Source: Spirochaetia bacterium (GTDB lineage: Bacteria; Spirochaetota; Spirochaetia; SZUA-6; Bin103). Taken from it: 64,000 nucleotides of DNA. Positions within the stretch are counted from its first letter, which is position 1. Each line of letters opens with the position of its first letter. Positions 19,291-28,346 of this stretch are shown piece by piece. The notes under the pieces are model-generated. The model ran no database searches, was not told the origin of the DNA, and was given only the letters and a program-made list of their open reading frames with translations. The DNA is taken from contig CBDBDQ010000005.1 in NCBI GenBank assembly GCA_965203905.1, forward strand, positions 1,952,001 through 2,016,000. The letters are read 5' to 3'. Made by a program: the position numbers and the translations under genes.

Positions 19291-20946
19291 CTACCGGTGG
19301 TCGGCGACCTCGGCCTTGGTGGCCGCGATCACCTTGTCCACGTCTTTCTTGTCCATGCGGGTGATCAGGGAGCGGAACTTGCCGATCGGGTGGTCGAGCA
19401 GCGGCGTGGCGGCGTCGGCCCAGGTCAGCGCGCCGGCGTTCAGGAACGTCTCCGCGCGGGTGGCCATGGCGGGCAGGATCGGCTTCAGGTAGACCATCAG
19501 CGCGCGGAAGGCGTTGATCGCGAGCGAGCAGACGCCGTGCACCTCGTCGCGGCGCGCGGGGTTCTTGGCGTGCTTCCACGGCTCGCGGTCGGCGATGTAG
19601 GAGTTGGTGCGGTCGGCCAGGGCGGTGATCTCGCGCACTGCCCGGCTTACGTCGCCGCGTTCGTACAGCTCGCCGATGCGTTTTCCGGCACCGGAGACCG
19701 CGCCCCACAGCTCGGGGTCGTGAGACGTCGCCGCCAGGCGCCCATCGAATTGCTTGCGGATGAAGCCCGAGCAGCGTGAGGCGATGTTGACCACCTTGCC
19801 CACCAGGTCGGAGTTCACCCGCTGCACGAAGTCGTCCAGGTTGACGTCGACGTCGTCGGTGTTGGGCACCAGCTTGGTGGCGAAGTAGTAGCGCAGGTAC
19901 TCGGGGTCGAGGTGGTCGAGATAGGTGGCGGCGTTGATGAAGGTGCCGCGCGACTTGGACATGCGGGTGCCGCCCACGGTGATGAAGCCGTGGGTGTGCA
20001 CCCTGGTCGGGGTGCGGAAACCGGCGCCGGACAGCACCGAGGGCCAGAACAGCGCGTGGAAGTTGACGATGTCCTTGCCGATGAAGTGGCGCACCTCGGC
20101 GCTGCTGTCAGGCCTCCAGAAGTCTTCGAAGGAGAGCCCCTCGGTACGGTCGCACAGGTTGCGGAAGCTGGCCAGGTAGCCGATCGGGGCGTCCATCCAG
20201 ACGTAGAAGTACTTGCCCTCGGTCTCCGGGATGCGGAACCCGAAGTAGGGGGCGTCGCGGCTGATGTCCCACGGCTTGAGCCCGGCGTCGAGCCACTCGG
20301 CGAGCTTGTTGGTGACCTCCGGCTGCACGGCGTCGCTGGCGGTCCACCGCTTCAGGTAGTCGCTGAACTGCGGCAGGTCGAAGAAGTAGTGCAGCGACGC
20401 CCGGCGCTCCGGCGTGGCGTCGGACAGCAGCGATCGCGGCGCGCCCAGCTCGGTGGCGTCGTAGGTGGCGCCGCAGGCGTCGCAGTTGTCGCCCGGCTGT
20501 TCGGCGGCGCCACACCGCGGGCAGGTGCCGCGCACGTGCCGGTCGGCCAGGAACAGTCCGCGCTCCGGGTCGTAGAGCTGCTCCACCTCGGCGGTGAAGG
20601 TGAGCCCCCTGGCGGCGAGGCGACGGTAGATAAGGGTCGCGAAATGCTCGTTCTCCGGCGAGTGGGTGCTGTAGTAGTTGTCGTGGCTGATGTGGAAGCG
20701 CCGGAAATCGTCGGCGTGGGCGGCGCGCAGCGGTTCGATCAGCTCCTCCGGCGTCGTCCCGCTGCGCTCCGCGAGCAGCATGGTGGCGGTGCCGTGGGCG
20801 TCGTCGGCGCACACGTAGATGCACTCGTTGCCGGCCATGCGCTGGTAGCGCACCCAGATGTCGGTCTGGATGTGCTCGAACAGGTGGCCGAGATGGACGG
20901 CGCCGTTGGCATAGGGCAGCGCGCTGGTAACGAGGATCCTGCGCAT
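19291..20946 (-). CDS. metG: Methionine--tRNA ligase (no C-terminal tRNA-binding domain)
   Basis: TSALPYANG..HLGH; CPRC/CDAC knuckle; YVWMDAPIGY; FIGKDI; RMSKS. Confidence 0.96.
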   Translation of the reverse strand: MRRILVTSALPYANGAVHLGHLFEHIQTDIWVRYQRMAGNECIYVCADDAHGTATMLLAERSGTTPEELIEPLRAAHADDFRRFHISHDNYYSTHSPENEHFATLIYRRLAARGLTFTAEVEQLYDPERGLFLADRHVRGTCPRCGAAEQPGDNCDACGATYDATELGAPRSLLSDATPERRASLHYFFDLPQFSDYLKRWTASDAVQPEVTNKLAEWLDAGLKPWDISRDAPYFGFRIPETEGKYFYVWMDAPIGYLASFRNLCDRTEGLSFEDFWRPDSSAEVRHFIGKDIVNFHALFWPSVLSGAGFRTPTRVHTHGFITVGGTRMSKSRGTFINAATYLDHLDPEYLRYYFATKLVPNTDDVDVNLDDFVQRVNSDLVGKVVNIASRCSGFIRKQFDGRLAATSHDPELWGAVSGAGKRIGELYERGDVSRAVREITALADRTNSYIADREPWKHAKNPARRDEVHGVCSLAINAFRALMVYLKPILPAMATRAETFLNAGALTWADAATPLLDHPIGKFRSLITRMDKKDVDKVIAATKAEVADHR

Positions 20947-21071
20947 GGTACGGGCAGCATAGTGGAGCCCTGTGGGCAACAGGAAGCCATGCGGCGTCGG
21001 TACTGATCTCGTAGCTTCGTGGTACGCTGGACCGGCACCGCGGATCCGGGTCCGGGTGCGACCGCAGGCAG

Positions 21072-21494
21072 GTGCAATTGAACGCAGAAACAGGTCACCT
21101 CGAGAATGGCAATCGGGCTTGCTCGACGGAGAGCTTTGCGCAACTGGTGGAGGCGGCGCGCGCGGTGTTTGCTCGCTGTCCATGGACCACGACCCGCACC
21201 GTGGAACAGTACGCCGGCGAACTCCGCGCGGAGGCTGACGAGGTGGTGCTCGCGATCGCCAACCGTGATACCGCGAATCTCCGCGAGGAGCTCGGAGATC
21301 TGCTATGGGACGTCATCGTCTGTGTATTCATCGCGGAACGCGGCGGCTGGTTCGAGCTGCACGAGGTGATGGACCAGGTGGTGGCCAAGATGCGGCGGCG
21401 CAAGCCGTTCGTGTTCGACGGCACCGAGGTCACCGAGGAGGAGGCGAAGCGGATATGGGCAGCAGCCAAGGCACGCGAGAAGCAGGCGCGGTGA
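21072..21494 (+). CDS. MazG-like nucleotide pyrophosphohydrolase (single domain)
   Basis: CPW...E..E...NLREELGDLL...KMRRRKPFVF; start uncertain. Confidence 0.85.
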   Translation: MQLNAETGHLENGNRACSTESFAQLVEAARAVFARCPWTTTRTVEQYAGELRAEADEVVLAIANRDTANLREELGDLLWDVIVCVFIAERGGWFELHEVMDQVVAKMRRRKPFVFDGTEVTEEEAKRIWAAAKAREKQAR

Positions 21495-23107
21495 GCTACA
21501 ACGGGATCGCGCAGCCCGCGGAATGGCCCCCGCGGGGGTTGTCGCGCACCTCCCGGGAGCCGGGGCCGGTGCCCTGGCTGGAGCAGCCGCCGGCGGTGAT
21601 CCCCATCGACGTGGGGCGGCAGCTCCTGGTGGACGAATTCCTGATCGCGGAGAGCTCGCTGCGGCGCGAGTTCCATACCCCGGTGCTGCACGAGGCGAGC
21701 CCCGTGCTGGTGCCTGAGACTCCGTTGGAGATGAACTTCGGGCTGTGCCCGGTGGCTTGTCCATTCAAGGACGGCGCCTTCTACGACCCCGCCGACGGCC
21801 TGTTCAAGTTGTGGTACCACGCCGGCTGGTTCGACGGCACGGCGCTGGCCACCAGCCGCGACGGGGTGCACTGGGATCGGCCCGAGCTGGACGTGGAGCC
21901 GGGCACCAACCGGGTGTTGCCGCTGCGGCCGCAGTACCAGCGCGACGGCGTCGGCGTGTGGCTCGACCAGGAGACCGACCGCGCCGACGAACGCTTCAAG
22001 ATGTTCGCCTACCACCGCCAGCGCGGCGCCGCGTACCGCTACGGCCGCGATCTGGGGGGGCCCGACACTCCCAACGACTGGACCGGAGGCCATGTCTATT
22101 CATCCCCGGACGGCATCCATTGGACCGAGCGCGCCGCCACCGGACGCTGCGGCGACAACACCACCATCTTCTACAACCCGTTCCGCAAACGCTGGGTGTA
22201 CAGCATCCGCCACAGCCACCCGGCGGTGGGCCGCCAGCGCGGCTACCGCGAGCACGCCGACCTGTTCGCCGGCGCCGCCTGGGAGTTGGAGGATATCGCC
22301 CACTGGTCAGGCCCCGACGAGCTCGATCCGCCCGCACCGGGACTCGACCACCGGGCCCAGCTCTACAACATCGACGCGGTTGGCTACGAGAGCATCCTGC
22401 TGGGGTTCTTCATGATTCACCGCGGGCCGCCGAACGAGATCTGCGACGCCGGCGGCTTCCCCAAGATCACCGAGCTGCTGGTGGGCTACAGCCGCGACGG
22501 CTTCCACTTCGACCGCCGCGACCGCACGCCGATCGTCGCCGGCACCCACCGGCCCGGCGACTGGAACCGCGACTACATCCACTCCTGCGGCGGCTGCTGC
22601 CTGATCGTGGGCGACCAGCTCTACCTCTACTTCGGGGCCTTCTCCGGCGTGTCGCCCAAGCTTGGCGCCCACATGTACGCCGGCGGCAGCACCGGCCTGG
22701 CGACCCTGCGCCGCGACGGCTTCGTGTCCCACGCGGCCGGCGCCGAGGGGGGCATGCTGACCACCCGGCCGCTGCGCTTCGGCGGCAGCCACCTGTTCGT
22801 GAACGCCGCCGCCGCGGGCGGGGAGCTGCGCGTGGAGGTGCTGGACGCCGCCGGCAAGCCCATCGAGCGCCGCTCCCGCGACCGCTGCGTGCCGGTGACC
22901 GGCGACGCCACGCAGCAGGCGGTGACCTGGGGCAACGGCGGCGGCCTCGCCGCGCTCGCGGGGCGGCCGGTGCGGCTGCGCTTCCACCTGCGCGACGCGG
23001 CGCTGTACTCGTTCTGGGTCAGCCCCGACCGCTCCGGCGCCAGCCACGGCTACGTGGCCGCGGGAGGCCCCGGCTTCACCGGCCCCACCGACACGGTCGG
23101 CCAGTAA
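21491..23107 (+). CDS. Beta-propeller glycoside hydrolase-like protein
   Basis: GRQLLVD, ATSRDGVHWDRP, SPDGIHW, SRDGFHF and GLATLRRDGF motifs; GTGA overlap with the MazG-like gene. Confidence 0.75.
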   Translation: MSYNGIAQPAEWPPRGLSRTSREPGPVPWLEQPPAVIPIDVGRQLLVDEFLIAESSLRREFHTPVLHEASPVLVPETPLEMNFGLCPVACPFKDGAFYDPADGLFKLWYHAGWFDGTALATSRDGVHWDRPELDVEPGTNRVLPLRPQYQRDGVGVWLDQETDRADERFKMFAYHRQRGAAYRYGRDLGGPDTPNDWTGGHVYSSPDGIHWTERAATGRCGDNTTIFYNPFRKRWVYSIRHSHPAVGRQRGYREHADLFAGAAWELEDIAHWSGPDELDPPAPGLDHRAQLYNIDAVGYESILLGFFMIHRGPPNEICDAGGFPKITELLVGYSRDGFHFDRRDRTPIVAGTHRPGDWNRDYIHSCGGCCLIVGDQLYLYFGAFSGVSPKLGAHMYAGGSTGLATLRRDGFVSHAAGAEGGMLTTRPLRFGGSHLFVNAAAAGGELRVEVLDAAGKPIERRSRDRCVPVTGDATQQAVTWGNGGGLAALAGRPVRLRFHLRDAALYSFWVSPDRSGASHGYVAAGGPGFTGPTDTVGQ

Positions 23108-23162
23108 GCACCGGCTGGCAACTGCGTCCGTGCGGCGCGACCGGCGCCGATGCAGGTAGCCG

Positions 23163-23252
23163 AATCCACACGAAGGACGCACGCCAAGCGTCCGACTCAC
23201 TCGCTGGGTGCATGCGTGCCAAGCATCCGACTCACTCGCCGGGTGCATGCCT
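23163..23252. repeat. Intergenic 35-bp tandem repeat preceded by AATCCACACGAA
   Basis: Units 23183-23217 and 23218-23252 (GCCAAGCRTCCGACTCACTCGCYGGGTGCATGC..); the 12-mer is shared with 57311. Confidence 0.8.
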
Positions 23253-23396
23253 GTTCTGTGGCGGGGCACGAGGAGCGCAGCCGGTACCGGCAAGAAGCCG
23301 GCTCGCGGTCACCGTCCATCCCTGGCAGAGTGCACCCTGCACCACTCCCCGTACGACACCAAGCGCACTCGCCGCAGTCGCCGCGCGACCGGCCGC

Positions 23397-25031
23397 TCAC
23401 CTGGCCCCCGCGCGTCCCGAGCCACCCTCCGTATGGCGGTAGCGATGATGGGCTCGACAGCGGAGGCGCAAGTTGCCGGGCTCCGCACCGCCGCCGAGGG
23501 CGAAGGGAACGATGTGGTCGAGCTCCAGCAGGAAGCGGGAGCCGCAGCGCCGCCCGCTGTGCGGATCGACGTAACTGCAGCAACCACCGTCGCGCCGCCA
23601 CACCTCGCGCCGTACTGGTGCCGGAATGTAGCGGGATCGGCGCGCCCGGTGGGGCGGCTGCGCGCTGCCTGCGGAGGGGCCGGCTGGCGCCGCCTGCGGC
23701 CGCGAACGGCCATCGAGGTGCGCCCCTGCCGGCTTTGCCGCCCCTGCGAGCTGCGCCCCTGCGAGCTGCGCCCCTGCCCGCTGCGCCACCCCTGCCCGCT
23801 TCGCTGGCGAAGGCGCGTGGCGACCGCGATCCACCGCTGCCGTCGCGGTCGGCCTGCTCTGGTCTGCCGGCGGCGTCGGTACGGTGGCGTGGGCCCCACG
23901 ATCGGCCACCAACTTCGGCGCCGAAGGAGCGGTGCCGGGCGCTGCCGCCGCTGGCTTGGCACGCACCGCGGTGCTGCCGCCGCAAGTCTCGCGCCCCGCC
24001 GACGGCGCGGACAGCGTGGCCACCGCCGAGGTGTCGGCACGGCCAATCCCGCACGCGGGTTCCTCTACGGACAGCGCTTTCGGCGCCGGGGTGCTGCCAC
24101 CGGCGCTCGTGCCCGCCGGCGTCGGCGGCACACCGGGTTGCTCTTGCACGCCCCGCCTCGCCGGCGAAGTCGCCCCGCCTGCCGGCCCTTCCTGCGCCGT
24201 CGGCTCCGGCGCCTGGCCCGCGCTTGCCTCCCGGCGCCTACCTCTGCGCCCGCGCGGCGGCCGCCCCGGGTCGTAGCGCTGCAGGCCATCCTGGACCAGC
24301 CGCTCCACGAGCTGCCCCAGCGTCAGGTGCGGGTCCACGTGCGACAGCAGTGCCCGCAGCTGCTCGAGCCCGCACTGACAGGCAGAGTCGATCTCCACCT
24401 TCAACTCCCAGCGGTCCTCGCCCAGCGCCCGCATGCGATCAGCAGGGCGCGCCAGCTCGGGAGCCACCCCGGCCAACAACTGCTTCACCTCGCGGGTGCT
24501 CTTGCCGCTCGCCTGCGCCACCAGCTCCTGCCGCTGCGCCGCGTCCAGCGCCGGCACCGGCTGCGCTGGCGCCGCTGCCGCGGCCCCCGAAGCCCCCGCC
24601 TCCGGCGGCGTCCCCGTGCCGCCCGGCAGCAGCTCCGGTGCCGCGGGTGCGGAGCCGGAGTCCACGGCGGTGGTGGCTGTGCGCTGCAGGAGATCGAAGG
24701 TGTTCTGCAACTGCGCCGCCGCGCTCAGGGAGAGCGAGCCGTCCTGCAGCCGTTCGCGTGATCCGGCGGTCTCGGAGCACAGGCGCATGGCTTTGATACG
24801 GCGCCAGGCGGCACCTTCGCTGTAGCCCAGCTCGCGGACGGCGTAGTCGAACAGGCTGGAGAAGCCGAGGCGCAGGTGGAGGTGGCGGGCGTGGATCTCG
24901 CGCAGGTGGTCGAGGACGGCGAGTTGCAGCGCCTGCTCGTGCAGGACGAGGGACCTGGTATGCGCCAGCAGCACCTGGTCGGGGAGCCAGGACAGCGAGG
25001 AGGAGAAGCTGGTGGCGGTCGCGGCAGGCAT
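23397..25031 (-). CDS. HNH endonuclease, copy 2, full length (DUF222-like N-term)
   Basis: N-term helical LGFSSLFDYAVRELGYSE..AWRRI; middle WELKV..EQLRALLSH; C-term RDGGCC...ELDHIVP...NLRLRCRAHH. Confidence 0.88.
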   Translation of the reverse strand: MPAATATSFSSSLSWLPDQVLLAHTRSLVLHEQALQLAVLDHLREIHARHLHLRLGFSSLFDYAVRELGYSEGAAWRRIKAMRLCSETAGSRERLQDGSLSLSAAAQLQNTFDLLQRTATTAVDSGSAPAAPELLPGGTGTPPEAGASGAAAAAPAQPVPALDAAQRQELVAQASGKSTREVKQLLAGVAPELARPADRMRALGEDRWELKVEIDSACQCGLEQLRALLSHVDPHLTLGQLVERLVQDGLQRYDPGRPPRGRRGRRREASAGQAPEPTAQEGPAGGATSPARRGVQEQPGVPPTPAGTSAGGSTPAPKALSVEEPACGIGRADTSAVATLSAPSAGRETCGGSTAVRAKPAAAAPGTAPSAPKLVADRGAHATVPTPPADQSRPTATAAVDRGRHAPSPAKRAGVAQRAGAQLAGAQLAGAAKPAGAHLDGRSRPQAAPAGPSAGSAQPPHRARRSRYIPAPVRREVWRRDGGCCSYVDPHSGRRCGSRFLLELDHIVPFALGGGAEPGNLRLRCRAHHRYRHTEGGSGRAGAR

Positions 25032-25559
25032 GGCGTAAATATAATCATGGTTGAGAAATGACCGGTTGCGGCAAGTCCCGGGACGGGCACCGGGAAGGGC
25101 TCAGGCCGGCGCTGGCGGGGTGCTGGAGGGCCTGGAGGGCGTGGCGGGATATTCCAAGGGTCGGAGGGGCCCGAACGTGCGGCAGGGGGCCGCTATGAGC
25201 AGCGCCAAACCCGTCAAGTGCTCAGCGCACTTTTTTGGCTTTTTTTTTGGCAGAATCCTGCAACGTGGAGCCGACGTGGCAGCAGTGCACCGGCGGAGAA
25301 TGGCGTTGCGGGTGGGCGGCGACACGCTCATTCCTGGACACATAGTACAGCGAACGAACCACGCACCCTGCAGGTGGCGATCTGGCAGGGACCACGCCGG
25401 GGCCATCACCGCCGCTCGGCCACACACGTGATGCAGACGTTTCGTTCAGCATGGGATGGACCTGACTCTCTCGGACTCGCTCTCTCTCGGTGGACGGCGT
25501 GGGGCGCCGTGGGCGGCGCATGGGCGGCGTGCGGCGTGGCGGCGTGGCGGCGTGTGGGC

Positions 25560-25609
25560 GTGTTGACAGTGTTGACAGTGTTGACAGGGTGGGGGCGCGT
25601 CCTTACATT
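25560..25609 (+). promoter_or_regulatory. sigma70 promoter of tRNA-Leu with triplicated -35
   Basis: TTGACA at 25563, 25572 and 25581 (GTGTTGACA x3); 17-bp spacer; TACATT at 25604-25609. Confidence 0.75.
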
Positions 25610-25623
25610 CTGAGGCTCATCCT

Positions 25624-25707
25624 GCCCGGATGGTGAAATTGGTAGACACGCTAGGTTCAGGGTCTAGTGGCCTTACGGCTGTGGAGGTTCGAGTCCTCTT
25701 CCGGGCA
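25624..25707 (+). tRNA. tRNA-Leu(CAG)
   Basis: Acceptor GCCCGGA/TCCGGGC; D-loop TGGTA; anticodon arm CTAGG-TTCAGGG-TCTAG; long variable arm; T-loop GTTCGAGTC; CCA not encoded. Confidence 0.96.
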
Positions 25708-26687
25708 TGACTGCTCCCGTGGCGGCTGGCGCCGGGTTTCGGGTCGGCCATGCCCGACATCCCCGACAGCTCACCGGATGCACCGTCATCCTTTGCCCCG
25801 AAGGCACCGTCGCCGGTGTCGACGTACGCGGCCCGGCGCCGGGTTCGCGGGAAACGGCCCTGCTGGCGGTGGACAAGCCGATCGCGCGCCTCGACGCGCT
25901 GCTGTTCACCGGTGGCAGCGCCTTCGGTCTGGCCGCCGCGGACGGCGTGATGCGCTATCTGGCCGAGCGTGGCCAGGGGCATCCTACCCGAGTCAAGCCG
26001 ATACCGCTGGTTGCCGCCAGCGTGATCTACGATCTGCTGCTGTCGGGCGGCGCCGCGTACCCCGAGGCTGAGCTGGGCTACGCGGCGTGCGGTGCGGCAC
26101 GGCCATTGCCGCTGCCGGCGGCCGCCCAGGGCAACGCCGGGGCCGGCACCGGCGCCAGCGTCGGCAAGTGGGGTGGTCCCGACGCGATGATGAAGGGCGG
26201 CGTCGGCTACGCCGAATGCAACGCCGCCGGCGCCCTGGTTGCCGCGGTGGCGGTGGTGAACTCCGTGGGAGACGTGCTGGACGCGGACGGCCGGGAGCTG
26301 GCCGGCGCCCGCGCCGCGGACGGCGGCTGGCTGGCGCGCCATACGCCGGAGCGCTGGCTGCCGCAGCAGGCGCTGGTGGTTGGCGCCGGCACCAACACCA
26401 CGCTGGTGGCGGTGCTCACCGACGCCACCATGAGCAAGCCCGAGGCCGGGCGCCTGGCGCAGCGCGCCCACGACGGCATCGCCCGCGCCGTGCTGCCCGC
26501 ACACACCACCAACGACGGCGATACCGCCTACGCCCTGGCCGCCGGGATCCGCGAGGCGCCGTTCGAGCTGATCGCGACCGTGGCGGTGGAGTGCGTCAGT
26601 GCGGCGACCCGCAACGCGGTCCGGTACGCCGCTCCGGTGGGGGGAGTGCCGGGCCTGGGGGCGGCGCCGGCCAGGTCCTCGGGATAG
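25707..26687 (+). CDS. P1 family peptidase (DmpA / S58-like)
   Basis: TGCTV, DVRG.APGSRET, GGSAFGL, GNAGAGTG, NTTL and NDGDT motifs. Confidence 0.9.
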   Translation: MTAPVAAGAGFRVGHARHPRQLTGCTVILCPEGTVAGVDVRGPAPGSRETALLAVDKPIARLDALLFTGGSAFGLAAADGVMRYLAERGQGHPTRVKPIPLVAASVIYDLLLSGGAAYPEAELGYAACGAARPLPLPAAAQGNAGAGTGASVGKWGGPDAMMKGGVGYAECNAAGALVAAVAVVNSVGDVLDADGRELAGARAADGGWLARHTPERWLPQQALVVGAGTNTTLVAVLTDATMSKPEAGRLAQRAHDGIARAVLPAHTTNDGDTAYALAAGIREAPFELIATVAVECVSAATRNAVRYAAPVGGVPGLGAAPARSSG

Positions 26688-26753
26688 CGCCCCGGAATCC
26701 GCCGCCCCACGGCGTCGTTTTCGGCCCAGCCCCGCCTACCGTACCCGACCGCG

Positions 26754-27683
26754 TCAGGTGGCGGCGGAGCGCACCCGGGCGAGCAGGTCGTCGGCGGTGG
26801 CGGCCAGGTCGAAGCGCGGCTCCCAGTCCCAGTCCCGGCGCGCGCTGGCATCGTGGTAGACGGCGGGCTGCACCGAGAGGATCTGCGTCGGCAGCTCCTG
26901 GGGCTCGAAACGGTACTCGAATCCCGGCACCCGCCGCGCCGCCGCCTGCGCCAGCTCGGCGGCACTGGCGGCAAACCCGTGCAGGTTGTAGACGCGGCGC
27001 GACAGACGTTCCTCGGGCGCCTCCGCCAGGCGCAGGATGCCGCCGGTCACGTCGCGCACGTAGATCAGCGATACGGCGACCTCGGGTGCGACCGGGAAGG
27101 TGAACGGCTCCCCGCGCGCCGCCGCCACGAAGACGTGCGACGCATAGGCGCTCACCGCGGCGGGCGGCGCGTAGGGCGACACCACGATCGGCAGGCGCAC
27201 GGCACGAAAGTCGAGCCCGCGGCTCAGGGCGAAGTAGGTGCCGACCCGCTCTACCGCCACCTTGGTGGCGCCGTAGATGTTGTCCGGCCATTGCGGGTGG
27301 TCCTCCGGCAGCGGATCGGGCAGGCGGCCGCCGTAGGTGGCCGAGGTGCTGGGAAAGAAGAAGCGCTGCACGCCGTGCGCGGCCGCCAGCTCCAGCAGCT
27401 CGACGGCGGCGCTGGCGTTGACGCGCCAGGCTCGCGGCGGGTCCGCCGCCGACGACATGGAGAGCAGCGACGCCATGTGCAGGATGCAGTGCGGCTGAAA
27501 CTCCGCCAGCAGCCGCGCCAGGCGGTCGCGGTCGGTGATGTCCGCCTGCAGCCAGGCGTCCGGCTGCTCCGGCGGCGGCGCGGCCAGGTCGACGCGCAGG
27601 GTCTCCTTGCCCCGGTTGTGCAGTTCTTCCACGAGTTGACGCGCCAGGTTGCCGCCGGCGCCGGTGACCAGATAGCGTTCCAT
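26754..27683 (-). CDS. NAD-dependent epimerase/dehydratase (extended SDR, L-threonine dehydrogenase-like)
   Basis: VTGAGGNL, FPST and YGATK motifs. Confidence 0.85.
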   Translation of the reverse strand: MERYLVTGAGGNLARQLVEELHNRGKETLRVDLAAPPPEQPDAWLQADITDRDRLARLLAEFQPHCILHMASLLSMSSAADPPRAWRVNASAAVELLELAAAHGVQRFFFPSTSATYGGRLPDPLPEDHPQWPDNIYGATKVAVERVGTYFALSRGLDFRAVRLPIVVSPYAPPAAVSAYASHVFVAAARGEPFTFPVAPEVAVSLIYVRDVTGGILRLAEAPEERLSRRVYNLHGFAASAAELAQAAARRVPGFEYRFEPQELPTQILSVQPAVYHDASARRDWDWEPRFDLAATADDLLARVRSAAT

Positions 27684-27802
27684 GGTTGCTCGTTCCAATC
27701 CGCGCCGAGCATGCCACAGGGCGGCGCCGAGGTCACCTGCCGGGGTGCCGGGACGATGCCGGGACGTGACGTCCGCGGACGGTGCGCGTTACAGTTGGGC
27801 CC

Positions 27803-28339
27803 ATGGATGAACGCGTCGCCCAATACGTGCGCGAAACGGAGTCGTTCAAGAAGCGGCTGGGCGGCTTTGCCGCCGATCTGGACGCCGCCCAACTGCGGTG
27901 GACCCCTCCCGGAATCAATAATGGGATCGGCTGGCTGGTACGCCACTGCGCCGACGAGTTCTGGTTCTGCTACGGCCAGCTCTCCGGCGCCCGCGTCCCG
28001 GCGAACCTGAACCAGTCCGGGTTCCCGGTACCTGCCGCCGGCTTCCGCCCCGCCTCCGGCCGCCCCTATCGCTGGGGCTTCCTCAGCTTCGACTTCGACC
28101 GTGACGCGCCGGGTCCCGGCCCGACCGGTGTCGAACACGTCGCCTACCTGGACCGGGCGTGGCAGGCCCTGCGCGGGTTCGTGGTCGACCGCTACGGCGA
28201 GTGGGGGGACAAGCGCTACGTGAACTGGTCCGACCGGGAGTGTTCCGGCTGGTGGTTCCTCGACCACTTCCTGCTGGACACCGCGTGGCACACCGGCCAG
28301 GCCTCCTACCTGCGCAAGCTGCTGGACGCCGCGGCATAG
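27803..28339 (+). CDS. DinB/DUF664-like protein
   Basis: NGIGWLVRHCA..E and C-term H...TAWHTGQ metal-ligand pattern. Confidence 0.75.
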   Translation: MDERVAQYVRETESFKKRLGGFAADLDAAQLRWTPPGINNGIGWLVRHCADEFWFCYGQLSGARVPANLNQSGFPVPAAGFRPASGRPYRWGFLSFDFDRDAPGPGPTGVEHVAYLDRAWQALRGFVVDRYGEWGDKRYVNWSDRECSGWWFLDHFLLDTAWHTGQASYLRKLLDAAA

Positions 28340-28346
28340 TAGCCGC

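Noticed and set aside
19291-20946. MetG lacking the C-terminal dimerisation domain as a novelty
   Set aside because: Monomeric short MetRS forms are well known.
23183-23252. Possible mini CRISPR array
   Set aside because: Two contiguous units with no spacers and no cas genes in the window.
25624-25707. tRNA-Leu as the attachment site of the integrase
   Set aside because: No duplicated tRNA 3' end near the integrase; only GTTCGA is shared with the 8755-8771 core.
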